A stretch of DNA of 64,000 nucleotides, from NCBI GenBank assembly GCA_958296135.2, contig CATQHZ020000001.1, positions 1,824,001-1,888,000 on the forward strand, read 5' to 3'. This DNA is from an uncultured Poribacteria bacterium. GTDB taxonomy: Bacteria; Poribacteria; WGA-4E; WGA-3G. Below are positions 19,809 to 29,828 of this stretch, in pieces (the first letter of the stretch is position 1; each line of letters starts with the position of its first letter). The notes below the pieces were generated by a model. That model ran no database searches and had not been told where the DNA came from. It saw only the letters and a program-made list of their open reading frames with translations. A program made the position numbers and the translations under genes.

Positions 19809-20210
19809 TTACGCGCGTAGCGTATGCCACGGTGCCTCGTCAAAGACATCTATCAACTGATACCCCTCCTCGCCTTTGCAGGGGCTCAGGGTGACGAACA
19901 ACTTCGCGGGCTGAGACGAGACGTTAAAGGACGCGTGGACAACGTCGGCAGGGATGAAGACAGAGTCGCCTGCGTTTAGCGTCTGCTTCTTGTCCTCTAG
20001 CCACTGTTCAACACTGCCTTCAATAACGTAGATAACCTCTTCTTGTTCTGGGTGCTTATGGAAATCGTGCCCATTGCCGGGCAAGAGGCTGACTTCCATC
20101 GCGACGATGTCTTTCGCCCCGGTCGTTTGTGGGCGGCTGAGCCAGCCTGTTGTGCCCCACTCCAGCTGATCGCGTTCCACATCTGCGGAAGCGATGAATT
20201 TTCCGTTCAT
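19809..20210 (-). CDS. Cupin-domain protein
   Basis: HDFHKHPEQEEVIYVIEG ... GDSVFIPADVVH. Confidence 0.9.
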   Translation of the reverse strand: MNGKFIASADVERDQLEWGTTGWLSRPQTTGAKDIVAMEVSLLPGNGHDFHKHPEQEEVIYVIEGSVEQWLEDKKQTLNAGDSVFIPADVVHASFNVSSQPAKLFVTLSPCKGEEGYQLIDVFDEAPWHTLRA

Positions 20211-20298
20211 TGTTAGTTCCTCAGGTATCGCAATCTGGGAATGTTGAGAGTTCGCGGGGGCCAGGCCCCCGCGCTACGTCAACTCCCATACAAAATCG

Positions 20299-21072
20299 TT
20301 ACTTTCGGGATTTTATCTGTCCCCAAGTGGTAGTCAGTTTCTGTCTCGGGTCGACAGCGAACATCTCAAAAAAGCCTATGTCCATCTGTTCAATCACCTC
20401 GTCTTCGTCAAGGGCCCGGTTCCAGACGCGGACTTCGTCAATGAGTCCGAGGAATTCACGCGACCCTTCATGCGTTTTGCCGACGAGGAGACTGGCAGAG
20501 TCGGCTTTCCCAGGGGGAGGTGGTTTTCCGCCGAATTCGCCGACGTTCTTACCATTTATCCAGTAGCGGTGTGTGCCATCATCGACTTGGGCGACGACAT
20601 GCTGCCATTTTTCAAGTTCCACTTTTCCGTCGCAGACGCTGCCGCCTCCGCCGACACTGAGGTGCAAGCATTCGCTCGGAAACTCGGTGTAGAAACTATA
20701 GGAACGCGGATTGTTGCTCTTGGCAAGGATACCCTGCCACCGCTGGCCGCCGGGCCCCTGATGGCGTTCGGTATTAATCCATGCCATCACGGTGACGCTT
20801 TCATCTACGGTGAGGATGTTATCGTGTGGGACTTCAACCCAGTCGCTCTCACCGTTCAGTTGCAAGGCCTTGCCGAATTTTCCATCAGCAAGTTTCGCAT
20901 CCCCGGCGATTTCCCCGTTATTCTCGTATTGCGAATGATCGATGGTGTTCTTCCCATCAAGTTCATCAAACGAAAAATAGAGGATAAGCGACTCATCCGG
21001 TTCGTTTTGCGCGTAGGCGAACGGTGCCGCACTCGCAAACAGGATTAGCACTATTAGCAATACGAATTTCAT
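20299..21072 (-). CDS. Secreted LamG/ConA-like jelly-roll protein with C-terminal AVDPxxKLTTTWGQIK motif
   Basis: Signal peptide; LILYFSFDE, GKFGKAL, TVMAWI, WQHVVA, FLGLIDEVRVWNRAL. Confidence 0.88.
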   Translation of the reverse strand: MKFVLLIVLILFASAAPFAYAQNEPDESLILYFSFDELDGKNTIDHSQYENNGEIAGDAKLADGKFGKALQLNGESDWVEVPHDNILTVDESVTVMAWINTERHQGPGGQRWQGILAKSNNPRSYSFYTEFPSECLHLSVGGGGSVCDGKVELEKWQHVVAQVDDGTHRYWINGKNVGEFGGKPPPPGKADSASLLVGKTHEGSREFLGLIDEVRVWNRALDEDEVIEQMDIGFFEMFAVDPRQKLTTTWGQIKSRK

Positions 21073-21135
21073 TTTTTCTCCTTTTCGGATTCATGAAAAC
21101 AAGTCTTCTTTTGGTTGGACGAAACAACATTATAT

Positions 21136-21227
21136 AGTATAAACAAAAATTGCAAAAAAAGCAAATTTATTTTGCGATGTGTCAAATGAATTTAGAAGTT
21201 GATAACTTTAAGAACCTATGCTAAAAT
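21136..21227. promoter_or_regulatory. Divergent sigma70-type promoters
   Basis: Minus strand: TTGCTT-17-TATACT (21164-21136). Plus strand: TTGATA-17-TAAAAT with TG extension (21199-21227). Confidence 0.55.
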
Positions 21228-21302
21228 TATCCTCAAATCAACCAGAAACTATCGCGCAGTTAAAACCGCGCCACGCACGAACAGAATTCAGCCATAAAAA
21301 AT

Positions 21303-23276
21303 ATGAAATCTCCAAACACATCGCGAATCCCGGCGCACGGGGTTACCTTCAAATCTGTCAGCATCGCCGCGCTTTTAATACCGATTAACTGCTATTGGGT
21401 GATTGAAATGGAGGTAATCCGCTATTCAGGGCACCCCGTCACCATTTCCCTCTTTTTCAATGTTATTTTTAGCTTGTTTGTCGTTATCGGCGCGAACGAA
21501 CTGTTCAAGCGGTTTTTGCCGACGCTGGCCTTGGCACAAAGCGAGCTCGTCATCGTTTATCTGATGCTGTCGATTGCGTCAGGGATTACCGGGCACGACA
21601 TGCTGGAAATTCTGGTGCCGATGCTCGGGCACGCCTTCCGCTTTGCTACCGCGGAAAATGAGTGGCAACAACTGTTCGTGCCGTTTCTTCCGAAATGGCT
21701 CACCGTAAGCGATAGCCAACTCTTACAAGGCTACTACGAGGGCGAGCTGCCGCTCTACACCGGCGAGACACTGCTCGGATGGGCAACGCCTGTGCTTTGG
21801 TGGACAGCATTCATTACCGTCCTCATCTTCGGCATGCTGTGCATCAATATCATCGTCCGGAAGCAATGGATTGAACATGAGAAATTGAGTTACCCTATCA
21901 TTCAACTCCCGTTGCAGATGTCGCAATCGGGGCTCACAAGCGGTTCACTGGTAGCGCCGCAGCAGCACCGCTTTTTCCGGAACAAGTTGATGTGGCTCGG
22001 TTTTGGCATCGCGGGCGCGCTCGCGCTGTGGAACGGCGTGAATTTCCTGTATCCGATTTTACCAGAATTGCGGACGCGCGTGCGGAGTTTTCAGGTTTTC
22101 ACGGAGAGCCCCTGGAATGCGATGGGAGGGATTCCGTTTTCGCTTTATCCGTTTGCGATAGGGCTCGGGTTCTTTATCCCGTTGGATCTTTCGTTTTCGT
22201 GTTGGTTTTTCTTTTGGTACTGGCGATTCATGCGCGTCGTGGGTGCCGCCATCGGCATGCGGAGTTTGCCGCGTTTTCCGTATATGAACGAACAAGCGTC
22301 CGGCGGCTACCTCGCCTTGTGCGTTTTGGCAATCTGGGCAAGTCGTCGGCATCTTTTGCAGATTGGGAGAACGGTTATCGGCCTGCATACCGATTCCGTT
22401 CGCGATGATTCAGACGGCCCGATGTCCTATCGCGCCGCGGTGCTTTGCCTCATCGGGGTGATGGCATTCCTCGTGCTTTTCTGCTACTACGGCGGTGCGG
22501 AAATTTGGGTGATGTTTATCTTTTTCGTCATTTACTATATGATTTCCATCGCTGTCACGCGTATGCGCGCCGAGTTAGGCACCCCCGTGCATGACTTGCA
22601 CTATTCCGGCCCCGACGAAATTCTGACACGGACAGTTGGAACACGCAGATTGGGCAGAGATAACCTCGTCATGTTCTCCATGTTCTGGTTCATCAATCGC
22701 GCCTACCGGAGCCATCCAATGCCGCATCAACTAGAAGGGTTCAAGATTATGGAGCGCGCAAACATGACGATGTATCGGATTATCTTTGCTTTGACGCTCG
22801 CCGCGGTGTTAGGTTCACTGGCAGGATTCTGGGCACTAATCGACAGAGGATATCGGTTAGGCATGGAGGTACGCGCCTATTGGCCCTCCCTTAGTGCGTT
22901 CGGGATAGAACCCTATCGCCGGCTCAGCGGCTGGTTGCAAGCCCCAGAAGAGACTTTGATTGCCGAAAGCGGGTTTATGGGACTCGGTTTCTTGCTCACA
23001 ACGGTTCTCATGTTATTTCGGATGCGGTTCGTGTGGTGGCCCTTTCACCCTGCCGGATTCGCCATTTCCACGAGTTGGGGCATGAACGTCACGTGGAGCT
23101 GCCTCTTCATGAGTTGGCTGATTAAGATGCTCATCCTCCAATACGGTGGTGTGGTGCGGCATCGGAAAATAGCCCCCTTCTTTTTAGGACTGATTTTGGG
23201 CGAGTTTACCGTCGGTAGCCTCTGGACAATTATCGGTATCATCGCGGGCATCCCTACCTACGGCTTCTGGGTTTAA
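21303..23276 (+). CDS. Multi-pass membrane protein, DUF6785/DUF6784-like (putative peptide transporter)
   Basis: 657 aa, many hydrophobic helices; RKQWIEHEKLSYPIIQLP, RMRAELG, WWPFHPAGF, WLIKMLILQYGG, PFFLGLILGE. Confidence 0.75.
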   Translation: MKSPNTSRIPAHGVTFKSVSIAALLIPINCYWVIEMEVIRYSGHPVTISLFFNVIFSLFVVIGANELFKRFLPTLALAQSELVIVYLMLSIASGITGHDMLEILVPMLGHAFRFATAENEWQQLFVPFLPKWLTVSDSQLLQGYYEGELPLYTGETLLGWATPVLWWTAFITVLIFGMLCINIIVRKQWIEHEKLSYPIIQLPLQMSQSGLTSGSLVAPQQHRFFRNKLMWLGFGIAGALALWNGVNFLYPILPELRTRVRSFQVFTESPWNAMGGIPFSLYPFAIGLGFFIPLDLSFSCWFFFWYWRFMRVVGAAIGMRSLPRFPYMNEQASGGYLALCVLAIWASRRHLLQIGRTVIGLHTDSVRDDSDGPMSYRAAVLCLIGVMAFLVLFCYYGGAEIWVMFIFFVIYYMISIAVTRMRAELGTPVHDLHYSGPDEILTRTVGTRRLGRDNLVMFSMFWFINRAYRSHPMPHQLEGFKIMERANMTMYRIIFALTLAAVLGSLAGFWALIDRGYRLGMEVRAYWPSLSAFGIEPYRRLSGWLQAPEETLIAESGFMGLGFLLTTVLMLFRMRFVWWPFHPAGFAISTSWGMNVTWSCLFMSWLIKMLILQYGGVVRHRKIAPFFLGLILGEFTVGSLWTIIGIIAGIPTYGFWV

Positions 23277-23353
23277 TTGTATTGGCGCGAAGCAGTCGGT
23301 GCCTGTCAAAAGGAGCACGCTTGCAAAGCGCGCCTCCTGCTAGAAAAATATAA

Positions 23354-26284
23354 CTATTCCCGGTGCGGGCGCGGATTAATCGCCAAATTGAGCGGCAAGA
23401 GGAACAAGGTGAAACTAAACAGAAGCGTCCATTGCCACTCCCATTTCAACGGTGTCAGCCCTATAAGTTCGCTGATAGGTGTGACATAGAGCGCGGCGAG
23501 GTGAAGCCCGATAATGACAAGGAAGATTATGAGCAGTCTTGTGTTAGCGAACATCCGCTGAAAAAGCGACTCCCATGGATACCGTAGGGCCTGCCAGCAT
23601 GTTGCTAATTGGGTGAAAATCAGCATAGTAGCAACCATCGTGCGAGCAATTGCCACTTCCGAATCCTCTAAATCTGAACGCCACAGCATAAAGAAAAACG
23701 GAATCAGTGACATCAAACTGATAGTTACGCCGCGGCAAACGATGTCTAATCCGGCGATTTTCGGCAGAAATCGCGAGACAGAGAACATGGCGGGCCGGTG
23801 GTACTTTTCATCGGCGAATATCTGTTCGCATCCGGCACCGAAGGTGGGAAACAGACTGACGAGCAGTTGCACCCACGCAACCTGGGGGAACGTCAGCGGC
23901 ATCGGCAGGTGATAGACATAGTGCAGAATTGTGCCAAAAACGAGGGTGAGCGGCAGTGCCAGCGTGCACGAAAGCCCCCACCGTATTGAGCCAGCCAAGT
24001 TTTGGTAAGCCTCGCGCGCGTGAAGCAGGCCGTCCCGCACCGCACGGAAGCCTCTTTTCAGAATGAGCCCATCGCTCTGGGCTTGTGCTATGTCTGAGGC
24101 ATCTTGTCTGTTTGCAAAAGCGATATCCGCAGCCATCATAGCGCGAAGATCTGTGCCGGATTCCCCTAAAAAACCGACGGTATGCCCGTGGCGTTTCAGC
24201 CCGAAAACAATGCCGCGCCGCTGTTCCCGGTTCGGCTGTGAATAGGCTAGACACTTGCGCACCTTCTCGTCCAATGCCTCACGAGAAAGCGAGTCAAGCA
24301 CTTCTCTGGACGCAACCGCCTTTCCGGTGTGAATCAGACCGAGGGCTTTCGCCAGCACGCCTGTTTGTTGTTCATCGCGCTCGGTGATGAGGATGATTTT
24401 GAGCCCGGTGTCAAGGCTGGATTTGACAACCGCTTTCGTTTCCTCGTCATCGCTGACAGAAAAAGCGATGAAGCCTAGGAACGTTGAACCTGCCGCCATA
24501 TCCTGCGGCGTGAGCATCACTTCCGAAGATTGCGACGCGACCCCGTAAACATCGCCTAGAGCCCTTTGCGAGGACAGGCTCTGGAGGTAGGCAAGTGCAT
24601 CCCGATACTGATGATACCGTTCGTCTTGCAAGTGTATCACCTCACCTTGCGTGAGCGTGAAGTCACACACATCCAACACTTTTTGTGCCTCCCCAAAGAT
24701 GATATTCAAGTAGTTTTCATCGCCGGACTCAAGCACGCCCATCTGATACCCGTAGCGAGATGTCCACGGGTACTCATTGACAAGCGGGAGATTCGCTTTT
24801 AAATCCTTCAGTTCATAGCCGAGCCGCTGTAGCTGCTTTTGGAGAACTCGCCGGGGCGATGTGTCTTCATCGCTCCTTTTGCCGAGTTGATGCCGTTTCC
24901 CTGACACGCCGAGTGCTGCTGTCAATACCAATCCTGCAGCACTCGGCGGAATTTGGCTATGATGGCCCGCAGCCTGAATTGCGTTGACAGCTTGTTTCTT
25001 TTCTTCAACCGATAGGTTCTGAAGGGAGCGCAGCCACGCATTCCAAGTTGTTTCCTCAACGAGTTGTTCATCAACGAACATATAAGAGAGCGCGAGGGCA
25101 CGGGTGGTAGAAAGGCCCTTCTCATTTGCACAAAAAGTTGTGATACGGCTCAATTTTTCAAGGGAACGCGGATTGCGAAGGGCCACCCCTTTTTTCAGCA
25201 ATTCTCTGGCGTGTTGCGAGAAATTCAATCGAATCAGGGAAACGGCATCTTGCGGCGCAGCGGCGAGAATGAAGAGGACACCGAGGTGCAGCAGCGCAAA
25301 CCAGTCTTTCCCCTGGTCTTCGGCATCAACCCACCACGCTATCGCGACAACTAATCCCGCGACACATACGCCGGCTATTTTGATGAGGTTGTGCAGGAAT
25401 TTCAGTTCGCCTTCTGCGTAAGTCGTCGCGTCCGGGGTTGGCCGTGCGTTTGGACGTTGCTTCCAAAATTCAGTCTGTTTTCCTATCTGCACGACAATCG
25501 CTTGCCCACTGCCCACCTCCACGTAGGTTCCGGCAAATACCATGTTTTTCTGTTTTTCGGGAGGGATAGATGTTGCAGCACCTTCGCCGCCTGCAGGTTC
25601 GTCCGAAAGGGTATCACTTGTCTTTTGCACGGGGTCCTCTGTGCCGAATAGCCCAGCTTCGTCAATCAGGAGTCCATCAGCTTCAACGATTCTGGCATCA
25701 GCCGGAATGTAGTCACCGGTGCTAACCGAGATTAAGTCACCCGGGACAATGTCCTGCGGCGGACACTTTTCGAGCTTGCCTTGCCGGATAACTTGGACGC
25801 TGAGCCCTAAATGCTCATGAATCTGCTCTTCTCGGCGCCGGATGCAGTATTCGGAGAAGCACGCCCATCCGATATGCAAAATGAGCATCGCGCCGAGGAC
25901 ACCCGCGGCGGTTTTTGCCTGCGGGGCAGCGACAAGTGAAAGTTCTGGCCTAATGAAGGGGACAATTAAGACAGCAGTTGCCACGGCAAACACCAACACT
26001 CGCCAGCTCAGCATCGATTTCAAAAAGGCGGCGAACTGTCCCGTTTTTTGCGTCGCCCCCAGTTCGTTTTTGCCGTGTCGCGCGCGCGCCTTTTGCAAGG
26101 CATCAAGACTCAACCCTTGTTCCAAGTCGCTGTTAAATTGATTCAATATTGATGAAATGCCATTCGCGTAAAACTTTGACATCGGTTTTTCGTGTTCTTC
26201 TGTTTTTCGCAATGCGTTGTTCAGCCGCTTTTGTGCTGCCAACCTTGTCTCACTAAGCCGCATCGTCGTTGGCGATGTTTGCAT
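23354..26284 (-). CDS. P2-type cation-transport ATPase homolog with degenerate catalytic motifs
   Basis: GLS...HGKNEL, IVPGDLI..GDYIPADARI, NMVFAGT, SLEKL and P2-type C-terminal TM helices. DKTGT, TGES, PEGL and GDGxND are all substituted. Confidence 0.85.
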   Translation of the reverse strand: MQTSPTTMRLSETRLAAQKRLNNALRKTEEHEKPMSKFYANGISSILNQFNSDLEQGLSLDALQKARARHGKNELGATQKTGQFAAFLKSMLSWRVLVFAVATAVLIVPFIRPELSLVAAPQAKTAAGVLGAMLILHIGWACFSEYCIRRREEQIHEHLGLSVQVIRQGKLEKCPPQDIVPGDLISVSTGDYIPADARIVEADGLLIDEAGLFGTEDPVQKTSDTLSDEPAGGEGAATSIPPEKQKNMVFAGTYVEVGSGQAIVVQIGKQTEFWKQRPNARPTPDATTYAEGELKFLHNLIKIAGVCVAGLVVAIAWWVDAEDQGKDWFALLHLGVLFILAAAPQDAVSLIRLNFSQHARELLKKGVALRNPRSLEKLSRITTFCANEKGLSTTRALALSYMFVDEQLVEETTWNAWLRSLQNLSVEEKKQAVNAIQAAGHHSQIPPSAAGLVLTAALGVSGKRHQLGKRSDEDTSPRRVLQKQLQRLGYELKDLKANLPLVNEYPWTSRYGYQMGVLESGDENYLNIIFGEAQKVLDVCDFTLTQGEVIHLQDERYHQYRDALAYLQSLSSQRALGDVYGVASQSSEVMLTPQDMAAGSTFLGFIAFSVSDDEETKAVVKSSLDTGLKIILITERDEQQTGVLAKALGLIHTGKAVASREVLDSLSREALDEKVRKCLAYSQPNREQRRGIVFGLKRHGHTVGFLGESGTDLRAMMAADIAFANRQDASDIAQAQSDGLILKRGFRAVRDGLLHAREAYQNLAGSIRWGLSCTLALPLTLVFGTILHYVYHLPMPLTFPQVAWVQLLVSLFPTFGAGCEQIFADEKYHRPAMFSVSRFLPKIAGLDIVCRGVTISLMSLIPFFFMLWRSDLEDSEVAIARTMVATMLIFTQLATCWQALRYPWESLFQRMFANTRLLIIFLVIIGLHLAALYVTPISELIGLTPLKWEWQWTLLFSFTLFLLPLNLAINPRPHRE

Positions 26285-26293
26285 ATGCCTCTA

Positions 26294-27214
26294 TCATTCA
26301 GAAGATATGATTGCGGCCCCTCGGGTATCCGGATCCAGAATTTTCATCTCGCATTGAATGTGATGGTTTTTGAAAGCGGCCTGCATCTCTTGCGCAATTT
26401 GTGGTGCGAGTTGTCTGTAACAATATGCTGCCAAGGTCGGTCCTGCGCCACTCAGTGCGACGCTGAAAGCACCGGCATCCACAGCCGCTGCCGCTACCTC
26501 ATCAAACCCGGGAATCAACGTGGCACGGTAGGGCTGATGCAACCGGTCTTTCATCGCAACCTCTAACAAGCTTAACTTTCCGGTGGCGATGGCGGCGACT
26601 AACATCGAACTGCGACTGGTATTGTAAATCGCGTCAGCAAGTGCCACTGTGGTAGGCAGCACGCTGCGCGCCTGTTGCGTAGAAAGTGTGAAGTTTGGAA
26701 TCGCTAGCACCACAGCAAGTTCCTCCGGGCACTGCAACTGAATTGTGTAGACATGCCCGGCTTCCTGTGTACAGACAACCAGGCCGCCGTGCAAAGAAGC
26801 CGCAACGTTATCTGGGTGCCCCTCCAGTTCTGTTGCGAAGTTGAGCAGTGTCTGCAAAGGAAACGCTGTGGCGCACAATTCATTCGCTGTTAGCAAGCCG
26901 CCGAGGATGGCTGTGCCGCTGCCGCCCAACCCGCGAATCGCGGGGATGCCGTTGTCTATTGACAATCTCAAGCCTGGCGGGATTTCCGTGCCGCTCCGTT
27001 TGAAAACCAGTGCCGCCGCTTGAAACGCGAGGTGCTCGGTGGTGCTCGGGATTTTATCAGCGTCAACTCCCGTGACAACTACCTCAACACCGGGCGTTTC
27101 TGTCACTTCCAGCGTTACTGTGCTATAGAGTTTCAACGCGAGCCCGAGCACATCAAAGCCAGGGCCAAGGTTGGTTGTGCTGGCTGGCATACGTGCTACC
27201 GCTTTACGTGACAT
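26294..27214 (-). CDS. thrB: Homoserine kinase
   Basis: PASTTNLGPGFDVLGLAL, IPAIRGLGGSG, EGHPDN, DRLHQPYR, LSGAGPT. Confidence 0.95.
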   Translation of the reverse strand: MSRKAVARMPASTTNLGPGFDVLGLALKLYSTVTLEVTETPGVEVVVTGVDADKIPSTTEHLAFQAAALVFKRSGTEIPPGLRLSIDNGIPAIRGLGGSGTAILGGLLTANELCATAFPLQTLLNFATELEGHPDNVAASLHGGLVVCTQEAGHVYTIQLQCPEELAVVLAIPNFTLSTQQARSVLPTTVALADAIYNTSRSSMLVAAIATGKLSLLEVAMKDRLHQPYRATLIPGFDEVAAAAVDAGAFSVALSGAGPTLAAYCYRQLAPQIAQEMQAAFKNHHIQCEMKILDPDTRGAAIISSE

Positions 27215-27304
27215 AGAAAGTTCCTTGAGCACTGGTAGGCGCGCAATTGGAAAACCGCTCGGTGCAAATCGCGCCTACCGGGTTCATCTTGCGTCAATTT
27301 TGTG

Positions 27305-28477
27305 CTACAACTTCGCAATAGCCGTTTCCATTCGGCCGAGTGCCTCTTGTATGTTCTCCAACGAATTTGCATACGAGAGTCGAAGGTAGCCATCGCCATA
27401 TTTACCGAAGGATGTGCCAGGCAACAGCGCGACACCGGCTTCATCCATCAGATAATCGGCGAGGGGCTCACACCCCATGGGCAGCTGCGTCACGTTCGGG
27501 AACACATAGAACGCGCCAAGCGGCTGGATACAACTGACACCTTCAAGCGCGTTCAATCCGCCCACGATGCCGTCCCGCCGTCGCTGAAATTCGGCTACCA
27601 TCTCCGTGACAGAGTCTTGCGGGCCCGTCAGTGCCTCTATACCAGCGATTTGCGTAAACGTGGCGGTGCAAGAATTCGAGTTAATCGTCAACCGCGTAAT
27701 TTTGTCTGCAATCGCCTGTGGGGCGATGCCGTAGCCCAACCGCCATCCCGTCATCGCGTACGTCTTTGAGTGCCCTTCGATGAGGATAGTCCGCTCCTTC
27801 ATACCGGGGAGGCTGAGAATACTCAGATGCGTACCTTCGTAAAGGATGCGCGAGTAGACCTCATCAGTAAGCACATAAAAATTGTGTTTCTGCGCGAGTT
27901 CGGCGATGGCCCCGAGGTCTTCCGCCGTGAGCGTGCCGCCGGTCGGATTCTGTGGTGAGTTGAGAATCAGGAGTTTTGTGCGCGTAGAGATGGCCGCCTC
28001 GAGGTCTTCGATGCGGAAGCGGAAACCGACTTCCTCGCGCAGCAGCAGCGGCACCGCTTTTCCACCAATGAAATCAATGACAGATTCGTAGACAGGGAAG
28101 CCGGGTTCGGGATAGATAACCTCATCGCCTTCGTCAATCAGGGCCAAAATGGTGAAGAAGATGATAGGCTTCGCACCGGGGGTGACGGTGACTTCATCGG
28201 GGTGGATAGTCACGCCGCGTGTGTCCGTGATGTGCTGCGCGACAACCTCGCGAAATTCGGGCAAACCTGCGGAAGGACCGTAGCCGGTCTGGCCGTCCTT
28301 CATTGCCTTAAATGCCGCCTCACAGATATTCATGGGTGTCGGGAAATCCGGTTGCCCGATTTCAAGGTGAATGATGTCTCTACCTTGCGCCTCTAACCCT
28401 TTGGCTTTCGCGAGTACCTCGAATGCAGACTCGGTTCCCAGGCGACTCATCCGCTCAGCGAATGTGTGTGTTTCCAA
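27305..28477 (-). CDS. PLP-dependent class I/II aminotransferase (aspartate aminotransferase type)
   Basis: IGQPDFPTP, NSPQNPTG, DEVY, HSKTYAMTGWRLG, GAFYVF, LRLSYA. Confidence 0.93.
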   Translation of the reverse strand: METHTFAERMSRLGTESAFEVLAKAKGLEAQGRDIIHLEIGQPDFPTPMNICEAAFKAMKDGQTGYGPSAGLPEFREVVAQHITDTRGVTIHPDEVTVTPGAKPIIFFTILALIDEGDEVIYPEPGFPVYESVIDFIGGKAVPLLLREEVGFRFRIEDLEAAISTRTKLLILNSPQNPTGGTLTAEDLGAIAELAQKHNFYVLTDEVYSRILYEGTHLSILSLPGMKERTILIEGHSKTYAMTGWRLGYGIAPQAIADKITRLTINSNSCTATFTQIAGIEALTGPQDSVTEMVAEFQRRRDGIVGGLNALEGVSCIQPLGAFYVFPNVTQLPMGCEPLADYLMDEAGVALLPGTSFGKYGDGYLRLSYANSLENIQEALGRMETAIAKL

Positions 28478-28496
28478 AATGGTGTCTCCTAACGAA

Positions 28497-28582
28497 TTTT
28501 TGTTATTCCTAGCGGTGGTTCAGCTGCGACTGTGCAGAGAACGTTGGTTTACCGGCCCGTCTTGACTTTGTCAAGACTTGCC
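28497..28582 (+). repeat. Intergenic element family A, copy 4 (short form)
   Basis: TTTTTGTTATTCCTAGCGGTGGTTCAGCTGC...GCAGAGAACGTTG...GTCTTGAC-TTT-GTCAAGACTTGC. Confidence 0.75.
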
Positions 28583-28650
28583 AGCTTGCCAAGAAGATGC
28601 CAATCCGGTAGGCGCGCGTTCAAAGCGTGCCCACCGAAAATGAAGTCCTG

Positions 28651-29748
28651 TTAATCTGCCTGTAAGATGGCTCCGGTGGAGCCGGCTAGCCACACGTTTC
28701 GTCCATCCAGCACAAAAACTTTGACGAGTTTCTCCTTGGAGTCTTCAACTTCCCACGTTTCGCCACCGTCAGTGGTGCGTAGAATGGCCCCGACACCGAA
28801 GTCGCCGCCGACGGCCCAGCCATTCATTTCATCGGCGAATCCAACGCTTCTAAGCGTTTCTTCGGTGCCGCTGGTTTGCGGTTTCCACGTTTCGCCGCCG
28901 TTGTTGGTGTGGAGGATAGTGCCGTTCTCGCCGACGGCCCAGCCGAGTGAGGCATTGAGGAAGAAAATATCCTCAAGGATGTCTTCTCTTCCGGTCTCTT
29001 GCGTCACCCAGGTTTCTGCGCCATCGGTTGTTTTCTGGATGAGAGCACTCTGTCCCTGTGTGCTCGGGCTGACGCGCACCCCGGCAGCCCAGCCAGTGTC
29101 TTCGTCAAGGAACTGCAGCGCGTTATACATGTTGGCATCATCGTCGCCAACCGCGCCCACCTGTCCGCCTTGTAGCACCTTCCATGAGCGGCCGCCGTTT
29201 TTGGTGGAGAGAATGGTGTCGCTTTCGCCGACAGCGTATCCGACATCTTTGTTGACAAAGTAGATGCCTTTCAATCCGTTGCCAACCTTACTTGTCTGCA
29301 TTTCCCAATCTGCGCCGTTTTGGGTGGCCGCTATTGCGCCCTTCGCGCCGACGGCCCAGCCGTGTTTCTCATCTAAGAAGTAGACTTCGGCGAGGTCCGC
29401 GCTGATTTTAATCTCGGATTTTTGCCACGTTTTGCCGCCATCCGTGGAATACCCGATGAAGCCGGGGTTTTCAAAATCTTCAAACGAGGCGGCACCGACT
29501 ACCCAGCCAGTATTCTTGTTCGTAAAGGTGATAGACATATAGTCCCGAACTTCCGGATCTCGTACTTGTAAGACGGTCCAACCGGCTGCGGCAGGTAAGG
29601 AAATTACCACGGTGCAGGCGATGGCCAAGCCCATAAAGATTACAGCGAGTGGGCATGCTATAAACATTTCGTGCATAACGGCACTGTGAATGGATTTGAA
29701 TTTGTTCACTGTTATCGTGTCTCCTTTGTTGTTCAAGTGGTTTCCCAC
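28651..29748 (-). CDS. YCF48/BNR (Asp-box) beta-propeller protein, probably secreted; start uncertain
   Basis: Repeated F.D...GWAVG..G.I..T.DGG.TW units. Confidence 0.88.
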   Translation of the reverse strand: MGNHLNNKGDTITVNKFKSIHSAVMHEMFIACPLAVIFMGLAIACTVVISLPAAAGWTVLQVRDPEVRDYMSITFTNKNTGWVVGAASFEDFENPGFIGYSTDGGKTWQKSEIKISADLAEVYFLDEKHGWAVGAKGAIAATQNGADWEMQTSKVGNGLKGIYFVNKDVGYAVGESDTILSTKNGGRSWKVLQGGQVGAVGDDDANMYNALQFLDEDTGWAAGVRVSPSTQGQSALIQKTTDGAETWVTQETGREDILEDIFFLNASLGWAVGENGTILHTNNGGETWKPQTSGTEETLRSVGFADEMNGWAVGGDFGVGAILRTTDGGETWEVEDSKEKLVKVFVLDGRNVWLAGSTGAILQAD

Positions 29749-29828
29749 GTTATGAGCCCGGTTAAGGGCGAGAGGTTTCTAGCCATTTTGGCAAGTATCG
29801 CATTAATGCAAAATTAAGTCAACAATTT

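Noticed and set aside
21944-25945. Similar short peptides SLVAPQ (DUF6785-like protein) and SLVAAPQ (ATPase) as a shared insertion
   Set aside because: The match is too short and no intergenic copy was found; chance cannot be excluded.
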